Of a stretch of DNA of 32,030 nt, positions 21,001 to 29,228 are shown in pieces. Every line of letters starts with the position of its first letter. The stretch's first letter is position 1. Both the position numbers and the translations under genes were made by a program. Below the pieces are notes generated by a model. The model was given only the letters and a program-made list of their open reading frames with translations. It ran no database searches and was not told where the DNA came from. Source of the DNA: Octopus bimaculoides (lineage: Eukaryota). The stretch lies in NCBI RefSeq assembly GCF_001194135.2, contig NC_068981.1, forward strand, positions 152,964,386 through 152,996,415, given 5' to 3'.

Positions 21001-24000
21001 TCAGGTACGATGTGAACTCGACTGAACTCCTTTCCTATCAAAAATGATGAATCAGTTATTACTATTACTAAAGATCACTGAGGTGTTAGAATCTGTTGAG
21101 TAGTGGTATTGTCGAAATGCAAAGATGATTGATTGTAACTCAAAGCACAATGCAAGAACAATATTAATACAAGGCATTCTAATCAGTGCTCTAACAATTA
21201 CCAACATCTTCCTTATTCACACACGCGCGAATGGGTATACAAACAGGGTAGAAATGTGGTTTGCTTATCTGTTCAGCGATTTACTCTCATTCTCATTGCA
21301 TTTTATCTGTCAGGTGATAAAGTGATTCATCATCGTGTCTCTGAAACACTGCACATGGCAAGAAATTCTAAGTAGCAATGGAGTGAATTATCAGCTATAT
21401 ATCTATATCCTTAGATCATTCAGAACCAGAAATACCTCCTATAGAGGACATCTGTCCTCAGTCTGGATTACTGTTCCCAATTGTGGTCGTCACAGAGCGT
21501 CAAATTGGTGGTGGAACTTGAGGCAATCAAGCACCACTTCACAAAAGAAGATTGACTCGGTGAAACAACTTCTGGGAGGGACTACAAGAACTGAAGCGCA
21601 AGGCAAGAAAAGTATGTAGTGATGTACATATAGAAGGTCCAGCTTCCAACTTTGGAATTAAAAGCTATATCAACCACATACTGGATGGCACTACATAATA
21701 CATAAGATACCATCGTCTTCATTTCAGATAAGGACCCAGTATTGCGACAGCTTGGGTTTCAGGGGACCACAATTGTTTAACATCCTGCCAAGGAACCTAA
21801 GAGATCTGCAAGGTGTAGATGTGGAAGCATTCAAAAAGCACCTGGACAAATATTTATCTGAAGTCTCAGATGAGCTCACTTCATGGCAGGAAGCACAAAA
21901 AAGACCCCCAAAACACTGAAAGGCAGTGCTCCAGCATGGCCCCAGCCTCTGGCTGAAACCAGTAAAAGAGTAGATGAATATATATATATATATATATATA
22001 TCTTGGTGTCTTCTACTATAGCCTCGGGCCGGCCAAAGCCTTGTGAGTGGATTTGGTAGATGGAAACTGAAAGAAGCCCATCGTATATATGTATGTATGT
22101 GTGTGTGTATATTTGTGTGTCTGTGTTTGTCCCCCTATTGCTTGACAACCAATGCCGGTGTGTTTACTTCCCCTCACAGTTCGGCAAAAGAGACCGATAG
22201 AATAAGTACTTTGCTTACAAAGAATAAGTCCCGGGGTTGATCTGCTCAACTAAAGGCAGTGCTCCAGCATGGCTGCAGTCAAATGACTGAAACAAGTAAA
22301 AGAGTAAAGAGAGTATATGTAGTTTACTATATGTAATTAAAAAATGCCACCATATCTACCTATCACCTATACTTCATACTTCCTTCTCTCTCACGTTCAT
22401 CTCTTTTTCTTTTCTCTCACCAATCTTGTAGCACATGCATAAAGAACTTCATCAGCTACACATGCACCTATGCACTCTAGCTTCACTACTCCCATTGGAT
22501 CTTTGAGATGGACACCCATGATTCACCCTTACTCCTATCCCCTTCATATCTATCACAATGTCACTCCTATCCTCTCTAGTGCTGGCACTATGATAAAATG
22601 CATCCACTGCACTCTGTTAAACAGGTATTGAATGGTCTTTTTTCATCTTGTCAATGATCTGACAGCTTCCCTAGTACTGGTGCCATAAAAAAATGCACCT
22701 AGTACACTCTGTAAAATGATTGCTATTAAGAAGTGTATCCAGTTATAGAAACCATGATAAAAATAACGTTTATAAGCAAGATGTTTCTTCAAGTCCATTT
22801 AGGAGAGTAGTAATGACCTGTCCAACTCATGCCAACATGGAAAGTGGTCATAAAATGGTGATGACAATGAGTTTTCTTAATCATAATAAATGTTGGCTAA
22901 CTTACATCATATACTAACTGTCTGAATGTTGAGCTGATGCGTTGTTATTAAGATTATAACTCTTGTAATTTACAATACTTATAGCTACAATGCATTTTCG
23001 TTAATGTGACCCCCAATCCAGAGAAGATATCCAGTGACAATCAATGATAGATCTGTGTGTTTATGTGTGTGTGTGTAAATATTCTTTTATTTATGTTTCA
23101 GTCATTTGAATGCTGCCATGCTGGAGCACCGCCTACACTTGAAAGATGAGGTCGATAGTCTGGATGACTATACACTCTTGATGACAATTTTGTCTTTGTA
23201 GATTTTCCATGGTTAATAATAGTTTCCTTTCTTTGTAGGGCACTATACAATCAGTTTGTACAGGAAATGATTGTGAAACCAGGTTCAAATATAAATGAAA
23301 AGAAGGCTGATGTTACTATGGAAGATCATGTAAGTTACATATTAAAGCATACTTCTCTTAGGCTAAATTATATTGTGAATAACATCATTAGTTCAAAGAG
23401 GTTACTGGTGTTTAAGCAGTAAAAATTAATCTGTATTAGTTGAACAGTTTGTAACCCTTTAGCTTTCAAATTGCTCTTTCAAATGTAATGCATGTATATT
23501 CATATTGTTTTGAATGAATCCTGCATTATTACCTAGCTTTGAGATTTTGATGGTGTGACTTTATTTTTACAATGACATTGTAGGGTGGGTGTTAAAAGCT
23601 GGATCTGACTGGTTTGAACATAAAAAAAATATTTTGGACAGATATAGTTGGTTTAAATGCTAAAGGGTTAAAACTAACAACTCATATTTTATTTATATTT
23701 CTGGTGTCCATTTTATCTTTTACTTGTTTCAGTCATTAGACTGTAGCTATGTTGGGGGAGGTGAGGTACTAAATTAAGTCTTATGAAACTACATAACCTC
23801 TTAGAACTTGAAATGAAGATCAAGCTGACTAGTTTTCTGGGGGGTTTTTTTTTTGTGACCTCTGTCTAACTACTGAAAAAAAGTAATAACCACCTACTTA
23901 TTAGAATGTAGATATTATGAAGTAGCAGAACTCATTTACATAATGATGCAAGTTGGCAGCTATCAATTACTCATATATCAATAAAGTTTGTTTTATAAAT

Positions 24001-24461
24001 AGTTATGTTATGGAATTCTATTCATCTGTTTTACACACACACACACAGTTTTGTCATGGAACTATGCTCTATGGCCAAAGTACAGGGCTTTTTGTAGCTT
24101 GGAATTATTTTATTTCCAGTGAATTTGGTACCAGTCATAATGAATATATTTTTACTTCAAAACCTAAATTCTGTTGGGGGTTAATGTTTTTCTATTTATT
24201 CCTCCAGACTTTAATAGTTTACTTGTTGTAGAACTGATGTAATATTTTCCCTTTTTCTTTCCCTTTAGCCACTCAATCCTAATCCCGACAGTGAATGGGG
24301 TGCTTATTTCAAAGACAATGAGATGTTAGTACAAATCGATAAAGATTGCAGGTGAATATTTTGTTTGCTGATAAAAAGATTTATTTTTCACTTTGTGTTA
24401 ACTGAAAGAAGAAATGAAAACCTTAATCTGTTCAGGTTCAACATACAACTTGATAGTTAAC

Positions 24462-24503
<42 letters not shown>

Positions 24504-27500
24504 TTGACTTCTGGTACTTAAGCTAACACACGTAATTTAAAACTCGGTTGTTTTCTATCCTTCAGCTATGTAAAAGAGAAAGATATTGCGGTAAAATAGT
24601 ACTTTCTAAGAGTTACCTCCCTTAACATCTTTTCCTTGTTATGTATTTCTCTTGTGGTTCTTGAAAGAAATAAGGAACTCACAAGCAAATATTTCCTTAT
24701 ATTTTGCTAGTCAGTCTTCCAACACATTATAATATTAAATGCTTTTCTGTGAATAAATCTCAACTAGTACTACATGAAATTTTTTATGTAAAATTATATG
24801 AGATCAATTATAGTTTTTAAAACTTAATGTGCATATTCCTTTAAGTTCACATAATTATTATTTGCCTTAAATCTATTAAAATTAAGGCATCCTGACCTTT
24901 CTTGAAAAATATTTCCATGTCATTTTCCTTTCATAGAATCAGTTATTCATGTATCTTTATATATATTTTTTTATTTTTGCAGACGTTTATGTCCTGACTT
25001 GTTTTTTTTCCAAAAACCAACAGACTTTCCATGTGAGGAAATGGTTAATGCCAAAACCAAAGTAGAAACTCTACGGAAACGGGTTGAACAATGTGTGTTA
25101 CAGTCAGAAACTGTTTCTCGTAACTGGTTAGGCATCACAAATGTAAGTTGTGTAGTATCTATTTGGAAATATACTTTATTTATATTTACCAGTAGAACTT
25201 GAAGATAAAGCTATAAATGATAGTGTATAAATATTAAGTAAAAAAATACCCTTGGTTAACAAAAGTTGAAGAATTCCCATGAGAATTCCCACATCTTCTG
25301 TAAACATTTCACTTATACTGGCCATACCACATAACAGGTATTTAATATTGTCATTAATATACAGGATAATTCAAAATGAATGGACCACCATTACAGAGTG
25401 CACCTACTGCGGCATGCTGTCCGTTTGGTTGTTGCCCCAGTTGAAAGAAGAGGTATCCGACTTCATTAGGCAGCAAGATGGGGTCCTGCCACATTTGTGT
25501 AGTCACATATGCAATTACCTCAACCAGCATCTTCCAAAATGCTGGGTTGGCCATGCCGAGTTGATTTGCCATTGATGTTCCCCTCACCACCTCCAGTCCC
25601 TGACCTAACATTTTGTGCCTTTTCCTTTGAGGTTATCTGAAAGACAGAGTGTTCATTCTCCCACTTTCACACGATTACAGGAGCTGTTGGCACTCCGTCG
25701 CTTATGACGACGAGTGTTCCAGTTGATCGATCAACGGAACAGCCTACTCGTGAAATTAATGTGCAAGTGGCTGAGCACTCCACAGACACGTGTACCTTTA
25801 ACGTAGTTCTCAGGGATATTCAGCATGACACAGTGTGACAAGGTTGGCCCTTTGAATTACAGACACAACAGAAACAGGAAGTAAGAGTGAGAGAAAGTTG
25901 TGGTGAAAGAGTACAGCAGGGTTTGCCACCATCCCCTGCCAGAGCCTCGTGGAGCTTTAGGTGTTTTCGCTCAATAAACACTCACAACGCCCGGTCTGGG
26001 AATCAAAGCTGCGATCCTATGACCGCGAGTCCGCTGCCCTAACCACTGGGCCATTGCGCCTCCTACAGGAGCTAAAGCAGCGGATAAGTGACACAGTTGA
26101 CTCAGTTGATCAGGCTATGCTGGCACAGGTGTGGCAAGAACTAGACTATTATGAAGATGTCTGCTGTATGACAAAACGTGTCCACATTGAACATCTGTGA
26201 CAGTCAGTAGAAACTTGAAGAGTTAACCTTTCAATATTACATCTGTTATGTTTGCAATAGATTCATTACAACACGCACATGTATGTTTTCTCTTTTGTAC
26301 CATTCTTTTTGAATTACCCTGAATTGCAGTTACAAATATTTTGCTTCTATCAAGACTTTATATGAGTGAATTGTCATTGAGTAATGTCCTCTTACAGATG
26401 ATGTCTAGTCGGAAGAAATCCCAGGAAGAATATTCTGTCTTATCAGAAGGAAAAGAAGCCCATTGGGAAGTTGTAGAACGTATTCTCTTCATTTATGCTA
26501 AACTCAATCCTGGATTAGGATATATACAAGTTAGTTACTGCTATTTCTATCCTTAAGTTCCTGATTTTTGCAGACTTCTATTTGTTCTTTACAACTATTG
26601 TTTCTTTTTATGTGATTTATATTGACACAACTGATTTTTTTTTTCAGGGAATGAATGAAATCCTTGGCCCTATCTATTACACATTTGTGAATGATCCTGA
26701 TTTAAAGTGCAGGGGTTAGTATTTTTGTCAGTTATGTAATCAGTATATGTATGCATACATATTCAAGGGGATGCTAATAGCTCCTGGCTTTGGGTAAAAG
26801 AGAGTACAAAAGGATCAGTTAATTACGATTTTATTCAACATATTCCCCTCTCATTCACACACTTATTGCAGCAGTCCTTCAGTTTTCTAAGCCCTGTGAA
26901 AGAACTCGGTAGGTTGGGCCTCCAGCCAGGCCTTTCACAACACCCTTCAAGCCAGGAACTTTTCAGCACCCCCTTGTATAGTCATTATATGCATTACCTA
27001 CATATGCACCATTTTGTACGTTGTGTTTTAGTAATCTTTTATTTTCCTGTTATTAACACATTACTTTCCAGATATAAGTTTCATTCTCTCCCTAGTTAAG
27101 ATATTTCATTCCTTGGTAGTCAAAAATATAATTGCTTAAAATGTTCAGGCATGGCTTTGTGGTTAGAGGTTTGCTTCCCAACTGCATGGTTTAAGGTTCA
27201 GTCCCATTGCATGGTAACTTCGGTAAATATCTTCTGATAGCCCTGAGCCAATCAAAACCTTGTGAGTGAATTTGGTTGGCAGAAACAGAAAGAAGCTCAT
27301 TGTGTGTCTGTGTATTTGTTACTGTGTCCTTGTCTTGACATGATGTGTAAACAAGTTTTACCTTCATGCAAGTGGTGTCTTTTCTAATCTTTTGTGAAAA
27401 TGTCTGGTCTTAGGGAAATATTATCTTACTTGGAAACAGGTAAAGGTTGGCAATAGGAAAGGCATCCGGCTGTGAAACACTGCCTCAACAAATTCTATCT

Positions 27501-28497
27501 GACCCATGTCAACATGGAAAAGTGGATGTTAAAACAGTGATGATGATGAATAGGTGGCCAAATATCTCCTCTATTATACGATGACTATTCCTGTCCCCCT
27601 ATCATACTCTGTCCTCTTGCCTGGCACACAGCCACTTCCGTTGGTTCTATTCCCTCTCTCAACCAAGATGTCTTCACCTTGTAAGTTATTTGGCAATCCT
27701 GCTGGAGCTGGTGCTGTATAAAAGTGCCAATGCCAATATCACATAAGAAGCACCCATGCTGGTGTCACGTAAAAAGCACTCGTGCCAGTGTTATACTTTG
27801 TAAAATGGTTGGCATTAGGAAGGGCCCCAGCCATAGAAACCATGCCAAAACAGACAACTGGAGCTCCTGTCAAACTGTCCAACTCATGCCAGCTTGGGTA
27901 ACCAATGTTAAATGACAATCCTGATCATGATTCAATTTCAAGACATTTTCAGCTGATTTTCAGGCCCTGTTTTTTGTTAGAGATTATCCTACTCCTTCTA
28001 AATTAGACTGTTAGATTAACTTCTCTGAAATTCTTCATACAAATATTTAAAAAAGAAAGTATTGAATTAAGTATTACATATGTTATATTATTATGTAATA
28101 TTTCAAAATAGTATTTCTTGATCATTTGAATTTCTTATATATATCCATGTTTTTGTTTTTTCAGAATTTGCAGAGGCTGATTCTTTTTTCTGTTTTACTA
28201 ATCTGATGTCAGAAATCCGAGATAACTTTAACAAAACAATGGATGATTCTGATTTTGGAATTGGTTAGTATGTAATTAAACTTGTCTTATCCTAAGAACG
28301 AATCAATATAATTTAGTACAATGCAATATGAGGTTTATTTATCTTTGTTTCAGGAAGCATGATGAAACAGCTTATGCAGATGTTAAAAGAGAAGGACCCT
28401 GCTTGTGCTCGGAAGCTAGAAGAACAAGAATTAAAACCTCAGTACTATGCTTTTCGATACCTCACCTTGCTATTATCTCAAGAGTTTCCTCTACCAG
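11755..28497 (+). CDS. TBC1D13: TBC1 domain family member 13 (Rab GTPase-activating protein), partial: join(11755..11795,20641..20702,23239..23329,24269..24351,24983..25142,26398..26529,26648..26714,28165..28263,28354..28497)
   Basis: Nine exons with AG/GT borders and compatible phases total 879 nt (2+876+1) with no stop. Translation (G)[20 protein letters not shown]...[13 protein letters not shown]...QIDKDCR-RLCPD...ETLRKRVEQ...[38 protein letters not shown]...[19 protein letters not shown]...[10 protein letters not shown] is collinear with vertebrate TBC1D13 as I recall it. N- and C-terminal exons were not found. Confidence 0.95.
12451..12760 (-). mobile_element. Family B (RTE-like) 3' end with a ~99-nt tandem duplication
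   Basis: GATTTT(T)ACAGCTGGATGCCCTTCC.AACACCAACCA...CAGCACTGG occurs twice (~12563 and ~12662); CATCATCAT tail. Confidence 0.65.
13325..13372 (-). ncRNA. Minimal type I hammerhead ribozyme motif (antisense to TBC1D13)
   Basis: Minus strand ATCT-CTGATGA-T-GGCATAT-TTTTT-ATATCCC-T-GAAA-CAGCTG-TA-AGAC, with one mismatch in stem I and one in stem II. Confidence 0.7.
14022..14069 (+). ncRNA. Minimal type I hammerhead ribozyme motif (sense to TBC1D13 pre-mRNA)
   Basis: GTCT-CTGATGA-T-GGGATAT-CTTTT-ATGTCCC-T-GAAA-CAGCTG-TA-AGAC: 4-bp stem I, 7-bp stem II, palindromic stem III and a GUA cleavage triplet (cut after 14065). Confidence 0.8.
14376..14440. repeat. Long (TA)n microsatellite, followed by (TG/TA) compound repeat to ~14570
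   Basis: Direct reading. Confidence 0.95.
14600..15310 (-). mobile_element. Internally deleted mariner (DD34D-type) remnant
   Basis: C-terminal [11 protein letters not shown]...[23 protein letters not shown] (14686-14973) and N-terminal fragments YEFNK.NNAT.NA.NINAVYG and [22 protein letters not shown]. The middle of the transposase is missing. Ends are approximate. Confidence 0.8.
15907..16071. mobile_element. Long-TIR MITE, possibly Sola-type (GAG...CTC termini, ATAT flanks)
   Basis: 15904-15949 and 16029-16074 are inverted repeats (39/46 identical): ATAT|GAGTAACAAAG...CTTTGTTACTC|ATAT. Confidence 0.7.
16096..16374 (+). mobile_element. tRNA-derived SINE family C, 3'-truncated
   Basis: GGAGGCGCAATGGTCCAGTGGTTAGGGCAGCGGACTCG head; inverse of the copy at 25686-26063. 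Confidence 0.8.
16375..16640 (+). repeat. Probable PLE terminal-repeat fragment with a degenerate hammerhead-like core
   Basis: CTGAAGA-GAG-AAAA-CTC-C-GAAT at 16513-16534, in a T-rich 3' UTR-like context; no ORF. Confidence 0.35.
16709..16962. other. Assembly gap (254 N) between (TA)n tracts
   Basis: N run. A SINE A head stub (GGCGCAGGAGTGG...) follows at ~16986-17020. Confidence 0.99.
17554..17932 (+). mobile_element. tRNA-derived SINE family A (CORE-like), near full length
   Basis: Head GGCACAGGCATG.CTGTGTGGTA, CCTTGGGCAAGTGTCTT core, tail ATGACTGAAACAAGTAAAAGAGTAAAA. Confidence 0.8.
18482..18687. mobile_element. Mariner-derived MITE (206 bp, TA-flanked)
   Basis: 29-bp TIR TAAGGAGGTGTTGAAAAATTCCTGGCTTT / AAAGCCAGGAACTTTTCAGCACCCCCTTG with TA on both sides. 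The same family occurs inverted at 26764-26976. Confidence 0.8.
18835..19620 (+). mobile_element. CR1-like LINE ORF2 3' fragment, split by a MITE
   Basis: Frameshifted ECDLGIIV...[49 protein letters not shown] // [12 protein letters not shown]...[13 protein letters not shown]. Confidence 0.75.
19096..19313. mobile_element. piggyBac-like MITE (decayed) inserted at TTAA in the CR1 fragment
   Basis: TTAA|CCTTTTAGC...AAATGCTAAATAG|TCAA; internally similar to 23455-23667. Confidence 0.65.
19765..20175 (-). mobile_element. Family B (RTE-like) 3' end
   Basis: CATCAT...TTTAACATCCATTTTCCATGCTAGCATGGGTTGGA...GTCTTCTCAAGTACAGCATAT, the reverse complement of the 10470-10790 type. Confidence 0.7.
20641..20702 (+). 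CDS. TBC1D13: TBC1D13 exon (62 nt), [20 protein letters not shown](R)
   Basis: Acceptor TTTTTATTAG, donor AG|GTAAGT; LLxYLP TBC motif A. Confidence 0.93.
20835..21030 (+). mobile_element. Rearranged SINE D fragment with three ~31-nt tandem units
   Basis: TGTGTCGATAAAATAAGTACC(T/C)GT(T/C)AGGTAC at 20919, 20950 and 20981 (partial). Confidence 0.55.
21330..21900 (+). mobile_element. CR1-clade LINE ORF2 3' fragment (different family from 18835)
   Basis: Frameshifted LDYCSQLWS...ELEAI...FTK...[10 protein letters not shown]...[39 protein letters not shown]. Confidence 0.75.
22003..22315 (+). mobile_element. SINE family A, 5'-truncated, relatively young
   Basis: GTGTCTTCTACTATAGCCTCGGGCCG...GGAAACTGAAAGAAGCCC...ATGACTGAAACAAGTAAAAGAGTA. 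Confidence 0.8.
23239..23329 (+). CDS. TBC1D13: TBC1D13 exon (91 nt), [30 protein letters not shown]
   Basis: Acceptor TTTCTTTGTAG, donor CAT|GTAAGT; phase fits neighbours. Confidence 0.93.
23455..23667. mobile_element. piggyBac-like MITE (213 bp)
   Basis: (G)TAA|CCCTTTAGCTTTCAAA...TTTAAATGCTAAAGGG|TTAA; CCC/GGG termini with TTAA target are diagnostic of piggyBac. Confidence 0.75.
24269..24351 (+). CDS. TBC1D13: TBC1D13 exon (83 nt), [27 protein letters not shown](R)
   Basis: Acceptor TTTCCCTTTAG, donor AG|GTGAAT; first half of the arginine-finger motif. Confidence 0.95.
24465..24504. repeat. (TTA)n microsatellite
   Basis: Direct reading. Confidence 0.95.
24983..25142 (+). CDS. TBC1D13: TBC1D13 exon (160 nt), [12 protein letters not shown]...ETLRKRVEQ...GITN
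   Basis: Acceptor TTTTTGCAG, donor AAT|GTAAGT; carries the catalytic Arg. Confidence 0.95.
25362..26321 (+). mobile_element. Internally deleted Tc1/mariner (rosa/DD41D-like) element with both TIRs, interrupted by a SINE
   Basis: 22-bp TIR CAGGATAATTCAAAATGAATGG / CCATTCTTTTTGAATTACCCTG (2 mismatches). Remnants [11 protein letters not shown]...PDLTFC...GYLKDRVF...LQEL // [28 protein letters not shown]...HIEHL*. Confidence 0.8.
25686..26063 (-). mobile_element. tRNA-derived SINE family C, full length, 10-bp TSD
   Basis: TACAGGAGCT at 25676-25685 and 26064-26073 flanks the element. Confidence 0.88.
26398..26529 (+). CDS. TBC1D13: TBC1D13 exon (132 nt), MMSSRKK...[25 protein letters not shown]
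   Basis: Acceptor CTCTTACAG, donor CAA|GTTAGT; glutamine finger YIQ. Confidence 0.95.
26648..26714 (+). CDS. TBC1D13: TBC1D13 exon (67 nt), [22 protein letters not shown](E)
   Basis: Acceptor poly-T-CAG, donor G|GTTAGT. Confidence 0.95.
26764..26976. mobile_element. Mariner-derived MITE, inverted relative to 18482-18687
   Basis: CAAGGGGATGCTAATAGCTCCTGGCTTT...AAGCCAGGAACTTTTCAGCACCCCCTTG|TA; lies 49 nt after the 26714 donor. Confidence 0.78.
27147..27549 (+). mobile_element. SINE with family A head/core and RTE-type (GAT)n tail
   Basis: 5' GGCATGGCTTTGTGGTTAG...GGTTCAGTCCCATTGC; 3' GGAAAGGCATCCGGCTGT...GACCCATG...CATGGAAAAGTGGATGTTAAA..GATGATGA. Confidence 0.65.
28165..28263 (+). CDS. TBC1D13: TBC1D13 exon (99 nt), [32 protein letters not shown](G)
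   Basis: Acceptor TTTTTTCAG, donor G|GTTAGT; EAD(S/T)FFCF motif. Confidence 0.95.
28354..28497 (+). CDS. TBC1D13: TBC1D13 exon (144 nt), [14 protein letters not shown]...[21 protein letters not shown](D)
   Basis: Acceptor TTTGTTTCAG, donor CCAG|GTAAGC. Confidence 0.95.
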
Positions 28498-28784
28498 GTA
28501 AGCAATTTTTGATCCAATTTTACTTCACTTATACTCACATACACACTCACACATGTGTACAATCACACAAATACATACACAGCTTTGGCGTGGTTTCTAG
28601 GAAGAGCATCCTACTTTAAAAAAATTATGCCATTGCTGACAATGGAGCTTGACATGGACTTGGGGCTTGTCAAGACCTGTTAAACCAGCCAAGTTAAACC
28701 ATGTTAAACCATGCCAGTATGAAAACTGATGTTATATGATGATGATTGCTATGTGCGTGTGTGGATGTGTGTATTTTTTAATTC

Positions 28785-29190
28785 TTTTGCTTGTTTCAGT
28801 CATTTGACTGCGGCCATGCTGGAGCACTGTCTTGAAGGTTTTTAGTTGAACAAATTGACCCCAGAACTTATTTTTTAAGCTTACTGCTTATTCTATCGGT
28901 TGATCTTACTAAACTGCTACGTTATGGGGATATAAACAGACTAATACCAGTTGTCAAGTGATGATGGGAGGACAAACATAGACACAAAGACATGCACACA
29001 CACACGCGCGCACATAGATACACACACACACACGAAAGGCTTCTTTAAGTTTCCATCTACCAAACCCACTCACAAGGCTTTGGTCAGCCGGAGGCTATGG
29101 TAGAAGACACTTGCCTGAGGTGCCATGCAATGGGACTAAACCTAGAACCATGTGGTTCGGAAGCAAGCTTCTTACCACACAGCCACGCCT
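28785..29190 (-). mobile_element. SINE family A, full length, antisense
   Basis: CTTGTTTCAGTCATTTGACTGCGGCCATGCTGGAGCAC...TCCATCTACCAAACCCACTCACAAGGCTTTGG...ACCACACAGCCACGCCT. Confidence 0.8.
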
Positions 29191-29197
29191 ATATTTA

Positions 29198-29228
<31 letters not shown>

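Noticed and set aside
20919-21008. CRISPR-like look of ~31-nt hairpin repeats
   Set aside because: Units are directly adjacent with no spacers, derive from a SINE, and the DNA is eukaryotic.
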